Shown here in pieces: positions 9,360 to 17,463 of a stretch of DNA of 32,000 bases (its first letter is position 1; the number at the start of each line of letters is the position of its first letter). The stretch lies in NCBI GenBank assembly GCA_038874075.1, contig JAVZDD010000006.1, positions 1,790-33,789 on the forward strand. Direction: 5' to 3'. Under the pieces are notes generated by a model. It was given only the letters and a program-made list of their open reading frames with translations, was not told where the DNA came from and ran no database searches. This DNA comes from Candidatus Nanoarchaeia archaeon (GTDB lineage: Archaea; Nanobdellota; Nanobdellia; Jingweiarchaeales; Jingweiarchaeaceae). Made by a program: the position numbers and the translations under genes.

Positions 9360-9899
9360 TTATCTTCCAATTAACTTAAATAAATCCGATTTAGTGACAA
9401 TTCCTTTAATTTTGTTACCATCTGAGATCAAAACTGCACCATAATTTTCTAGAAGTGGTTTTATGGAATCGATCTTTGTCTTCTCATTGATTATCGGCAA
9501 TGGTGGTTCCATCACACTAAGGACCTTTTCTTTTTCAATGCCTCTCCTGATATGTTTGACTATTGAGCTTTCTGTTATGACCCCAACCACTTTACCTTTC
9601 TGAACTACAGGTAACTGTGAAATACCATAATTTTGCATCAACCTGCATGCTTCAGAAACCTGTCTTGTAGATTGAATTGTGATCACATTCTTTGTCATCA
9701 CTTCTTCACATGTAATATCATTCTTACTTTTTAATACATCAATTATTTTGTTTATGGTTGATAACCTGGGATCGACTTTGTTATGTTCAATTTTTGCAAT
9801 GTGTGCTTGACTAACACCAACCAATCTGGCTAATTCTGTTTGTGTAAGGTGCGCCTTTTCTCTCAATCGCTTGATCTCTTCCCCATCAATTATAACCAT
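9360..9899 (-). CDS. transcriptional regulator, XRE-type HTH fused to a CBS-domain pair
   Basis: N-terminal IKRLREKAHLTQTELARLVGVSQAHIAKIEHNK (HTH_XRE) followed by two CBS repeats (EACRLMQNYGISQLPVV..VVGVITESSI and LLENYGAVLISD..IKGIVTKSDL). Confidence 0.8.
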   Translation of the reverse strand: MVIIDGEEIKRLREKAHLTQTELARLVGVSQAHIAKIEHNKVDPRLSTINKIIDVLKSKNDITCEEVMTKNVITIQSTRQVSEACRLMQNYGISQLPVVQKGKVVGVITESSIVKHIRRGIEKEKVLSVMEPPLPIINEKTKIDSIKPLLENYGAVLISDGNKIKGIVTKSDLFKLIGR

Positions 9900-9972
9900 C
9901 AGTTATAATTATTAATCAAAAGTATATAAAGATTTTTAATGAATTTTTTTCTCCAAGAACTAAGTGGTAAAA

Positions 9973-11181
9973 ATGAGAAATATCGTAATTGATGAGTTAA
10001 AAAGAACACCGATTGATGAACAAAGGATAGAAATTGTCGAGAGGAAGGGAATTGGGCATCCAGACACGATCTGCGACGGTATAATGAATGAAGTTTCAAT
10101 TGCACTATCAAAAGAGTACATAAAAAGATTTGGAGCAGTAATGCATCATAACATTGATAAATCACTTTTAGTCGCCGGAGAAGTTGAAAGGAGATTTGGT
10201 GGTGGTATCGTAAAAGTACCTATGTTATTAGTGTTTGGTGACAGAGCTACCTATGAAGTTGGCAATGTTTCAGTACCTGTGAAAGAAATTGCAATAGAGA
10301 CAGCAAAAAAATGGATTCGCGAGAATCTTAGATTTGTTGATCCTGAAAAACATATGAAGTATCAAGTTGAATTGAAGAGAGGTTCAGCTGAATTAACCGA
10401 CATATTTAAGCGAAAGGGTAAAATATTGGGCGCCAACGATACTTCTGCAGCCGTTGGATATGCACCGATGACAAAAACAGAACGGATAGTACTAGAAACA
10501 GAGAGGTACTTAAATTCTAAAAAATTTAAGAAGGAGTTTCCAATGTCTGGTGAGGATATAAAAGTGATGGGGTACAGGAAGAATAGTGATTTGAACATGA
10601 CGATTTGCATGGCATTCGTTGATAAGTTCATCGATAGCGAAGAAACATATTTCAAAAAGAAAAAGGAAATATTGGAAGTAATCAATGCGTTTGTAAAAGA
10701 GAAGACAGATTTCAAGAGAATTTCTATTTCATTGAACACACTTGACAAGAAAGGGAGAGGAATGGGTGGTATGTATTTAACAGTACTAGGTACGAGCGCT
10801 GATGATGCTGATTGTGGTCAGGTTGGCCGTGGCAATCGAGTAAATGGGATCATACCGTTAAATAGACCAGTAAGTTCAGAAGCAGCAGCAGGTAAGAATC
10901 CTGTGAGCCATGTTGGTAAGGTCTACAATGTGCTTACATACAAGATGGCAGACAGGATATACAAAGAAGTTCCAGGTATAAGAGAGGTTTATGTTTGGTT
11001 ACTTAGCCAGATTGGAAAACCAATCGATCAACCAACAATCGCAGCAACACAGATAGTGATGAAGAAGAACAAAACAATTGATGGTATCTCCAAACAGGTA
11101 AAGAAAATAATTGATGACGAACTAGCGCATATTAATGATTTTTGCAATGAATTGATAAATGGAAGAATAAGTATTTTTTAA
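9973..11181 (+). CDS. mat: archaeal-type S-adenosylmethionine synthetase
   Basis: [60 protein letters not shown] and [16 protein letters not shown] match the archaeal MAT family from N- to C-terminus (..INGRISIF). ATG at 9973 preferred to the GTG at 9964. Confidence 0.92.
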   Translation: MRNIVIDELKRTPIDEQRIEIVERKGIGHPDTICDGIMNEVSIALSKEYIKRFGAVMHHNIDKSLLVAGEVERRFGGGIVKVPMLLVFGDRATYEVGNVSVPVKEIAIETAKKWIRENLRFVDPEKHMKYQVELKRGSAELTDIFKRKGKILGANDTSAAVGYAPMTKTERIVLETERYLNSKKFKKEFPMSGEDIKVMGYRKNSDLNMTICMAFVDKFIDSEETYFKKKKEILEVINAFVKEKTDFKRISISLNTLDKKGRGMGGMYLTVLGTSADDADCGQVGRGNRVNGIIPLNRPVSSEAAAGKNPVSHVGKVYNVLTYKMADRIYKEVPGIREVYVWLLSQIGKPIDQPTIAATQIVMKKNKTIDGISKQVKKIIDDELAHINDFCNELINGRISIF

Positions 11182-12138
11182 ATAAATTTTTATTATTTCT
11201 ATTATCTGAATTTCTCCTCCTCCTGGTGTGCCTGGCGGTGGAGTAACTGAAGTCGTTATTTTTGCTGCTAAACCAGAAAGTGCTCCCATCAACAAACCAA
11301 TTACTGCAAATATAAATCCAATTATCATGCCCATGTTTTCACCCAATACCAAATAGTCTAGCATTAACATCAATCCAGCTGTAAAAAATGCAATGCCCCA
11401 TCCTGCTTGTACTGAGAATAGTACAAGAAAAGCTAGGAACAAAGACCTTGCAATGATGATCACCCATCCCCATGGCATGTCCATAATTATTGTCTTCAAC
11501 ATTTCGGCTGGCATCGTTGCGATTGTTTCTAATGTTTCAACCACAGGATCTAACGATTCTAAGTGTATCATATTTAGTATTTTTATAAAAAGCCTAGCAA
11601 AGAAGTGGATTACTCTTGGTAGTGAAATCAACACGCTCACGATTAACCAACAGAACATGAGAAGTGTGTAAAACCATGCTGGGAATGGGATGATGAATGC
11701 GAGTTCCCAATCAAATATTTTTATAAAGTAGCCAATGGGCGGCGCACAATTCCCACCCAAATCGCAACCTGCAACGCCAAACAAACCAATTTTTAATCCA
11801 AACCCAAAGTTAGATATTGCATTTCTAAAAAGTTCGACTACCATCTTAATCGGTGGGCCTATTATTGGTAATATTTCGATAAACCATAACATGTCTATTC
11901 CAAGTTGTAAAAGGAGCATGTATAAACACAGAATGATACCAGGTACTCCCATCACATCAAGTGAAACAAGAAGGAATGGCCATTTGAATATGTTGAAGTC
12001 GATGTTAAACATTGAAAAGAGCATTGTGAATAATGCGCTCATCGGCGCCCAAAAAACACCAAGAAATAAGATGATTCCTATGATGAATTGTAATAAGAGA
12101 CGCCAAAATGAAAATTCTTCGCCTTCTTCTTCAGGCAT
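11122..12138 (-). CDS. polytopic membrane protein of unknown function
   Basis: 338 aa with an acidic N-terminus (MPEEEGEE), about 8-9 W/F/G/M-rich hydrophobic segments, a CDLGGNC loop and a PPPGTPGGG tract before the tail. No family recognised. Confidence 0.6.
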   Translation of the reverse strand: MPEEEGEEFSFWRLLLQFIIGIILFLGVFWAPMSALFTMLFSMFNIDFNIFKWPFLLVSLDVMGVPGIILCLYMLLLQLGIDMLWFIEILPIIGPPIKMVVELFRNAISNFGFGLKIGLFGVAGCDLGGNCAPPIGYFIKIFDWELAFIIPFPAWFYTLLMFCWLIVSVLISLPRVIHFFARLFIKILNMIHLESLDPVVETLETIATMPAEMLKTIIMDMPWGWVIIIARSLFLAFLVLFSVQAGWGIAFFTAGLMLMLDYLVLGENMGMIIGFIFAVIGLLMGALSGLAAKITTSVTPPPGTPGGGEIQIIEIIKIYLKNTYSSIYQFIAKIINMR

Positions 12139-12217
12139 AATAATTATTTAAAAGGTAACAAAAATAAACTTTACTAAAAACATCAAAGATAAAAAAAAGT
12201 ACTGTTTATTTATTAAA

Positions 12218-12916
12218 ATGTTCAACATTGCGTGCACTGCAGACATACATGCTCCCACTTATTTTGAGGATTTTAAAAATGCACTTGCAGACCTAGAAAA
12301 AATCGATCTCTTCCTACTCGCTGGCGATATAATATTCAAAGGTAATTTTAATGAAATAGATAAAGTAATTGATGAAATTAGAAAAAAATTCAATGGTATG
12401 ATTATTGCTTGTTTTGGAAATGAAGAATATGAAGAAATTAGGGAAAAATTGATGGAGAGAGATATTATTTGGCTCGATGATGATTACAAAATTATCAAAT
12501 TAGATGGGATGAAAGTTGGGATAATAGGTACTACTGGTTGCTTGGATGTGCCCACAAAATGGCAATCGAAACACATTCCAAACATCAAGGATATATATGA
12601 GGAAAGGATAAAAAAGATAGATCAATTGATTTCAGAATTAGATGTTGATCTTTTAATAATATTAAGTCACTATTCACCAACGTATAAGACAATTTTCGGT
12701 GAAGAAAAATTCAAGTATAAATGGCTCGCATGCAGGAAGTTTGAAAAAGTGATCATTGAGAGAAAACCAAACTTTTGGATACATGGGCATGCACATAATT
12801 CAAAAATCACAGAAACAAAGATAAATACAACAATCGTATTAAATGTGTCCCTTCCAGCAATAAAAAATATTAAGACGATAAAAATTGATGAAGGATTAAG
12901 AAAATTTTTGGTGTGA
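12218..12916 (+). CDS. calcineurin-like metallophosphoesterase
   Basis: Ordered MPE motifs: ADIHAP, AGDIIFKG, GNEEY, LSHYSP, HGHAHN. Confidence 0.75.
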   Translation: MFNIACTADIHAPTYFEDFKNALADLEKIDLFLLAGDIIFKGNFNEIDKVIDEIRKKFNGMIIACFGNEEYEEIREKLMERDIIWLDDDYKIIKLDGMKVGIIGTTGCLDVPTKWQSKHIPNIKDIYEERIKKIDQLISELDVDLLIILSHYSPTYKTIFGEEKFKYKWLACRKFEKVIIERKPNFWIHGHAHNSKITETKINTTIVLNVSLPAIKNIKTIKIDEGLRKFLV

Positions 12917-12918
12917 AA

Positions 12919-14013
12919 ATGGAAGAAATAGAGAAATACAAACTCAAGAATTTGATTAAAGAATTAGAAAAAATAAAAGGAAGACACACAGAACTCATCA
13001 CTGTTTATGTGCCTGCTGGTGGTGATTTGAATAGTGTTAGGAATCAATTGATACAGGAGCAGAGTACGGCCGAGAACATAAAACTCAAGACAACAAGAAA
13101 GAATGTGCTCGCTGCACTGGAAAAAATAATTCAAGAATTAAAATTATATAAGAAAACACCTGAAAATGGTCTTGTCATTTTTTGTGGGAATACAAGTAAA
13201 GAGGAGGGATTACAGGATGTAAAACTGTGGATACTTGAACCACCAGAACCGATTTCAATCCGATTGTATAGGTGTGACCAAGAATTTATACTTGAACCAT
13301 TAAAAAAAATGCTTGAAGCAAAATATGTGTATGGATTGATCGTAATTGATAATTCACAAGCTGCAATTGGCTTCTTGAAGGGGAAAACAATTGTGTGCGA
13401 AAAGGAGATGGATTCTATTGTTCCTGGAAAATTCAGAAAAGGTGGGCAAAGTGCAAAGCGCTTTGAGAAGGTGAGAGAGAACCTCGCGAAAGATTGGTAC
13501 AAAAAGGTTGCAGATGAGGCAAAGAACGCATTTTCAAAGGAAAATATAAAAGGTATTTTAATAGGTGGTCCTGGTCCTGTAAAGGAAACATTCGTGAATG
13601 GAGATTTTTTACCTGGAGAATTGAAGAGTAAAGTTATAGGTGTAAAAGACATCGGGTATAGTGATGAAAGTGGATTATATGAGCTTGTTAATCGAAGCAC
13701 TGATTTACTTGAAAAGGAAGAGATAATTGAAGAGAAAAAAGTATTAAATGACTTCCTAACTAAAATTGCCAGTAATAGTGATATGGTAGCGTATGGTGAG
13801 GAAGAAGTGAGAAAGATGATTATGATGGGTGCAGTTGATTTGCTACTAATATCGGAAGAAGTTGGCAAGGAGAAGATAGAGGAATTTTTAAAAATTGCAA
13901 AAGACTATGGGAGTAATGTTTTTATTGCATCAAGTGAAACAGCTGAAGGAGTGCAATTAAAAGAATTGGGTGGCTTCGGCGCAATATTGAGGTTCAAAAC
14001 AAATGTCAGTTAG
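12919..14013 (+). CDS. prf1: peptide chain release factor aRF1
   Basis: GGQ motif (FRKGGQSAKRF), YxCxxxF motif (YRCDQEF) and a NIKS-loop region reading STAENIKLKTTRKN. The start could instead be the GTG at 12913, which overlaps the upstream TGA (GTGA). Confidence 0.9.
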   Translation: MEEIEKYKLKNLIKELEKIKGRHTELITVYVPAGGDLNSVRNQLIQEQSTAENIKLKTTRKNVLAALEKIIQELKLYKKTPENGLVIFCGNTSKEEGLQDVKLWILEPPEPISIRLYRCDQEFILEPLKKMLEAKYVYGLIVIDNSQAAIGFLKGKTIVCEKEMDSIVPGKFRKGGQSAKRFEKVRENLAKDWYKKVADEAKNAFSKENIKGILIGGPGPVKETFVNGDFLPGELKSKVIGVKDIGYSDESGLYELVNRSTDLLEKEEIIEEKKVLNDFLTKIASNSDMVAYGEEEVRKMIMMGAVDLLLISEEVGKEKIEEFLKIAKDYGSNVFIASSETAEGVQLKELGGFGAILRFKTNVS

Positions 14014-14021
14014 GTGAGAGG

Positions 14022-14414
14022 ATGGAGAAAAAAGTTGAGGATGTTGGTTCATTGAAAGAAGGTAGATTTGCCATTTTGGAGGACGAACCATGTACAATTG
14101 TGGACATAAAAACAAGTAAAACAGGAAAACATGGACATGCAAAATCTAGGATAGAAGGAATCGGATTAATTACTGGAAAAAAACATGTTATAATTTTACC
14201 TACACATGACAAAATAGAAGTGCCAATTGTGGAAAAAAGGGATGCACAGGTATTGATGTTGAGGGAGAATGTTGCGCAAGTGATGGACATGAAGACTTTC
14301 GAAACAATTGAATTACAAGTACCAGAAGAGTTAAAATCAAGGATTAGGGAAGGATCACAGGTTGTTTATTGGGAAGTGATGGGACATAAATTGCTAAAAG
14401 AAGTTAGGGGTTAA
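14022..14414 (+). CDS. eif5a: translation initiation factor 5A (aIF5A)
   Basis: Hypusine-site context KTSKTGKHGHAKSR, 130 aa, with a GGTGA Shine-Dalgarno-like element 5-10 nt upstream. Confidence 0.9.
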   Translation: MEKKVEDVGSLKEGRFAILEDEPCTIVDIKTSKTGKHGHAKSRIEGIGLITGKKHVIILPTHDKIEVPIVEKRDAQVLMLRENVAQVMDMKTFETIELQVPEELKSRIREGSQVVYWEVMGHKLLKEVRG

Positions 14415-15288
14415 ATCTAGTATTCACAAGTGATTCTATTTCTTTTCTTTTAATCTTGAGTAATGAATCAGCACCAAAATTCTGGATTTTTCTTGAAGCA
14501 ACCGCCATACCATATACAAGTGACCTGAGCGGATCTTTTGTTCTAATGAATATAGGTAAAAAACCACCTGATGTGCAATCCCCAGCACCTGTTGGGTCTT
14601 GTATTTTTGTTTTAAATGCATCAACTTTTTTTATTTTATTATCATAGCAGATACATGCACCTTCCCCTTCTTGTTTAACACAAACAATTTTTAAATGAAA
14701 ATTTTCTTTTAAAAATGCAGAAGATTTAATTGGGTCTTTTATTTCTGTGAGAAGAAATGCTTCTTCCTTGTTCGGCCAAAGGATATCGATATCCTCAATC
14801 AAATCGAGCACTTCTCTCTTATGTTTTTTTATATAACCAGTATATGTGTCAAGGGAAGTAATTATGCCTCTCCTCATTGCCTCTTCTTTAAATCTCTCCT
14901 GTTGTTTAGGTGGCATTGTAGCGATGTGTATAATCGCTGTTTCATCCCAAACCTTTTCTGGAATCAGTTCGGGGTTAATTTCTTCACCAGCGCCATGCAC
15001 TGTTTTTCCTTCATCATAACTTGCATGCCAAGTCTCATCATACTCTATTGTGAAACTTGTGGTAGATTTTTCTGAAATCACAATTTTACCATCTATCCTC
15101 TGTAAAACATGTTTGTATCCATCAGGAAAATCTTTCCCTATTGCAGTCAGGATTTTTATCTTATCAGTAAAAATTCTTGAAGAAAGACTGGAATAAAGTG
15201 CTGCACCGCCAAGCACATTTTTCTTTTCCATATAAGGAGTAATGATATTGTCAACACTTGTATGCCCAACAATCAAAATATTTTTCAT
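14404..15288 (-). CDS. PfkB-family carbohydrate/nucleoside kinase
   Basis: N-terminal GHTSVDNI..GGAALY and the C-terminal PfkB signature DPTGAGDCTSGGF. Confidence 0.75.
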   Translation of the reverse strand: MKNILIVGHTSVDNIITPYMEKKNVLGGAALYSSLSSRIFTDKIKILTAIGKDFPDGYKHVLQRIDGKIVISEKSTTSFTIEYDETWHASYDEGKTVHGAGEEINPELIPEKVWDETAIIHIATMPPKQQERFKEEAMRRGIITSLDTYTGYIKKHKREVLDLIEDIDILWPNKEEAFLLTEIKDPIKSSAFLKENFHLKIVCVKQEGEGACICYDNKIKKVDAFKTKIQDPTGAGDCTSGGFLPIFIRTKDPLRSLVYGMAVASRKIQNFGADSLLKIKRKEIESLVNTRFNP

Positions 15289-15343
15289 AATTTTTTTTCA
15301 AATAACATAAATTTAAATTTAATTGTAATAAAAAATATAAAAT

Positions 15344-15940
15344 TCAATCTAAATATTCAAAAACAATCGAGATACGTTGAAATACTGAGACAATCGATAA
15401 AAATGCTGTTAATGCGATCAAGTAACAAGCATATTCAAGACTAAAGTTTGAAAGTAAAATAATTAAAAAAATTAATATCAACCGCTCTGCTCTTTCTAAT
15501 ATCCCTCCCTTAATCTCTTTTTTAACAATCTTCTTCTCAAATGCAGATGCTTTTACATATGTTGTCATCATGCTCCCAAAGAGTAAAGTAATCAACCAAA
15601 CTTTCGAATCAAGTATGAATTTGGGATAATCAACAAAAAACAATCCAAGAATGACTATGAATTCAACAAACCTATCTATAATTGTGTCAATGTATGCCCC
15701 TTTTTTTGTTACCATCTTCCTATAACGAGCGACTGCGCCATCAATTACATCGATGAATGATGCAATGGAAAAGAAAATGAGTGCAATCAAAAAGCTTTTC
15801 TTTAACAAAAAATAAAATGTCAGTAAAATAAATAACAAGGATAGAGATGACCACATATTTGGAGTTAAACCAAACATACTAAAAAACTTAGCAATGTTTA
15901 CTTCCAATCTTTTAAAGATCTCTCTTCTTTTGTACAACAT
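15344..15940 (-). CDS. CDP-alcohol phosphatidyltransferase (archaetidyl head-group transferase, specificity unknown)
   Basis: Full signature DVIDGAVARYRKMVTKKGAYIDTIIDR (DGx2ARx8Gx3Dx3D) and about 6 TM helices. The start at 15940 overlaps the PHP gene by 43 nt; an alternative ATG is at 15877. Confidence 0.8.
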   Translation of the reverse strand: MLYKRREIFKRLEVNIAKFFSMFGLTPNMWSSLSLLFILLTFYFLLKKSFLIALIFFSIASFIDVIDGAVARYRKMVTKKGAYIDTIIDRFVEFIVILGLFFVDYPKFILDSKVWLITLLFGSMMTTYVKASAFEKKIVKKEIKGGILERAERLILIFLIILLSNFSLEYACYLIALTAFLSIVSVFQRISIVFEYLD

Positions 15941-16596
15941 CCAAAAAACCTCGCCAATTTTTTTCCAGATAGTAAAACTAGACTTTTAATACCATTGTAT
16001 TTCCCAAAAATTTCAACTTTTCCTTTCAATATCATAGAAATTGGGTCACCATCACAAATTATGCCTGCATTCCCAACATCAGTTACGTGGTGCGCATCGC
16101 TTCCAGCTACTTTTGGTTTTTTAAATTTATTTGCTAATTCCAGCGCTTTTGGATTACTGTCTCCTCTGCAACTTGCATTGAAAACCTCAACTGCATCTGC
16201 TTTTATTGCTTTGTCACCAACACATTTTCTAAACAAGTGCTTGGCAAATGGATGGACAGCAATTGCAATTCCTCCAAGTGCATGGATTTTTTCAATCGTT
16301 TCTTCAAGACTCAAATCGTCCCTCACATCTTCCTTAATATCCAACCCTATCACTTCTCCATCTTTAGTACATATTTCAATCCCTGTAATCAACAAAAATC
16401 TTTTACCTATCCTCTTAATATAGTCCCTAGCAACCAAACTTCCTTTAACTGTTTGATGGTCTGTAATTGCCAATCCATCTAAACCTTTTTTCATCGCTGC
16501 TTTAACCATCTCTTTTGGTGTATTAAACGCATCCCTCCCCCAAAGTTTGTTCTTGCTATATATTGTGTGACAGTGCAAATCTATCTTCATTACCAT
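15898..16596 (-). CDS. PHP-domain metal-dependent phosphoesterase
   Basis: IDLHCHTIYS, GLDGLAITDHQT, IAVHPF and GSDAHH are the canonical PHP His/Asp motifs, in order. Confidence 0.8.
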   Translation of the reverse strand: MVMKIDLHCHTIYSKNKLWGRDAFNTPKEMVKAAMKKGLDGLAITDHQTVKGSLVARDYIKRIGKRFLLITGIEICTKDGEVIGLDIKEDVRDDLSLEETIEKIHALGGIAIAVHPFAKHLFRKCVGDKAIKADAVEVFNASCRGDSNPKALELANKFKKPKVAGSDAHHVTDVGNAGIICDGDPISMILKGKVEIFGKYNGIKSLVLLSGKKLARFFGCCTKEERSLKDWK

Positions 16597-17129
16597 GGCA
16601 CCTTTTTTATTTTCAATGTATAGGCAAAAACATTCGCAATCTTATGAAATATTGGAGTGATGACGATCATTATTATGACCATGGTTATATTTAATTCAAT
16701 GAATGGAAATATGAATAAGATAGTGCCGAAAACAAAGTTTAATTGATCTAAAAGAGGTACACTTGCGCCTGGTTTTATCCCAAACCGACGTTTAATAAAA
16801 CTTCCAACCAAATCACCAAACATTGCACCAAAAGCAATCAAAAATGCAGTGAAAAGGTTCATTTTTGGTAGAGAAAAACCAAGTGAACTTAATGTGTATT
16901 CATTTATTGGACTCCAAAGGAGAGATTCTATAAAACCCGTGATCATTCCACATATTACACCAGTCACAAAGCCTTCTATTGTTTTGTTGTCCCCAAATAT
17001 CCTTTGACCAAGGAAGAACTTTCCGAAGTCGATCGGTCTTTTCCCTTTTGCTAATGGAGGGGTGGCATTTGCCACATATGCAGGAATCAATATCCAAAAT
17101 GCTTTAATTAAATCAGGGATAATATTCAT
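16590..17129 (-). CDS. carS: CDP-archaeol synthase (CarS, DUF46 family)
   Basis: LIPAYVANATPPL..KGKRPIDFGK..GQRIFGDNKTIEGF and a C-terminal DQLNF motif in a 179-aa, 5-TM protein. This matches my recollection of the CarS family. Confidence 0.75.
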   Translation of the reverse strand: MNIIPDLIKAFWILIPAYVANATPPLAKGKRPIDFGKFFLGQRIFGDNKTIEGFVTGVICGMITGFIESLLWSPINEYTLSSLGFSLPKMNLFTAFLIAFGAMFGDLVGSFIKRRFGIKPGASVPLLDQLNFVFGTILFIFPFIELNITMVIIMIVITPIFHKIANVFAYTLKIKKVPW

Positions 17130-17133
17130 CTTT

Positions 17134-17463
17134 TCACTTCGGATAAAATCTAATTCTTATTGCGCCAAGCGTTTGCTCCTCATCTAAAAATCTCAATTTC
17201 TTCACGCATATTGCTTGTTTGTTTATCAAAACTTCATAATGATCGTCCTTTTTCTTAACTATTGCGTCTCTATTCAAATTCCTGTTTCTAATTTCTTCCT
17301 CTATTAATTCAATTATGCGTTCATCTTTTGTTTCAGCTATATAATGTTTTACGTCTTCTCCTGAAAAGTTAAAATTAACATCAAAAAACTTCTTAATACT
17401 AGATATAATTTTTTGTTCATTTTCTGTGGGATAAACATCAAATTCAATAATTATCCTCGGCAT
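17134..17463 (-). CDS. UPF0201/COG1931-like small RNA-binding protein (tentative)
   Basis: N-terminal IIIEFDVYPTENEQKI and C-terminal LINKQAICVKKLRF...LGAIRIRF resemble the hPTED..KV / NKQAAxxGK..PLGPI pattern of UPF0201. It is shorter (109 aa) than I would expect. Confidence 0.4.
   Translation of the reverse strand: MPRIIIEFDVYPTENEQKIISSIKKFFDVNFNFSGEDVKHYIAETKDERIIELIEEEIRNRNLNRDAIVKKKDDHYEVLINKQAICVKKLRFLDEEQTLGAIRIRFYPK

Noticed and set aside
13131-13868. Long antisense ORFs in the six-frame track (for example 13131-13868, 24102-24587, 25011-25409, 29394-29978, 15995-16423, 11735-12151, 10362-10748, 9899-10165)
   Set aside because: Each lies entirely opposite a CDS with strong family motifs (aRF1, DP2, PIN-ATPase, PHP, the membrane protein, MAT). 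Their S/F/I/L/P-rich low-complexity composition is typical of antisense frames in AT-rich genes. None has its own motif or start context.
12913-14013. Possible stop-codon reassignment suggested by the NIKL variant in aRF1
   Set aside because: TAA, TAG and TGA each terminate several well-conserved genes at family-typical lengths in this window (for example TGA for psmB, metG and DP1; TAG for cdc6, DP2 and aRF1; TAA for mat and aIF5A). No conserved gene needs read-through.
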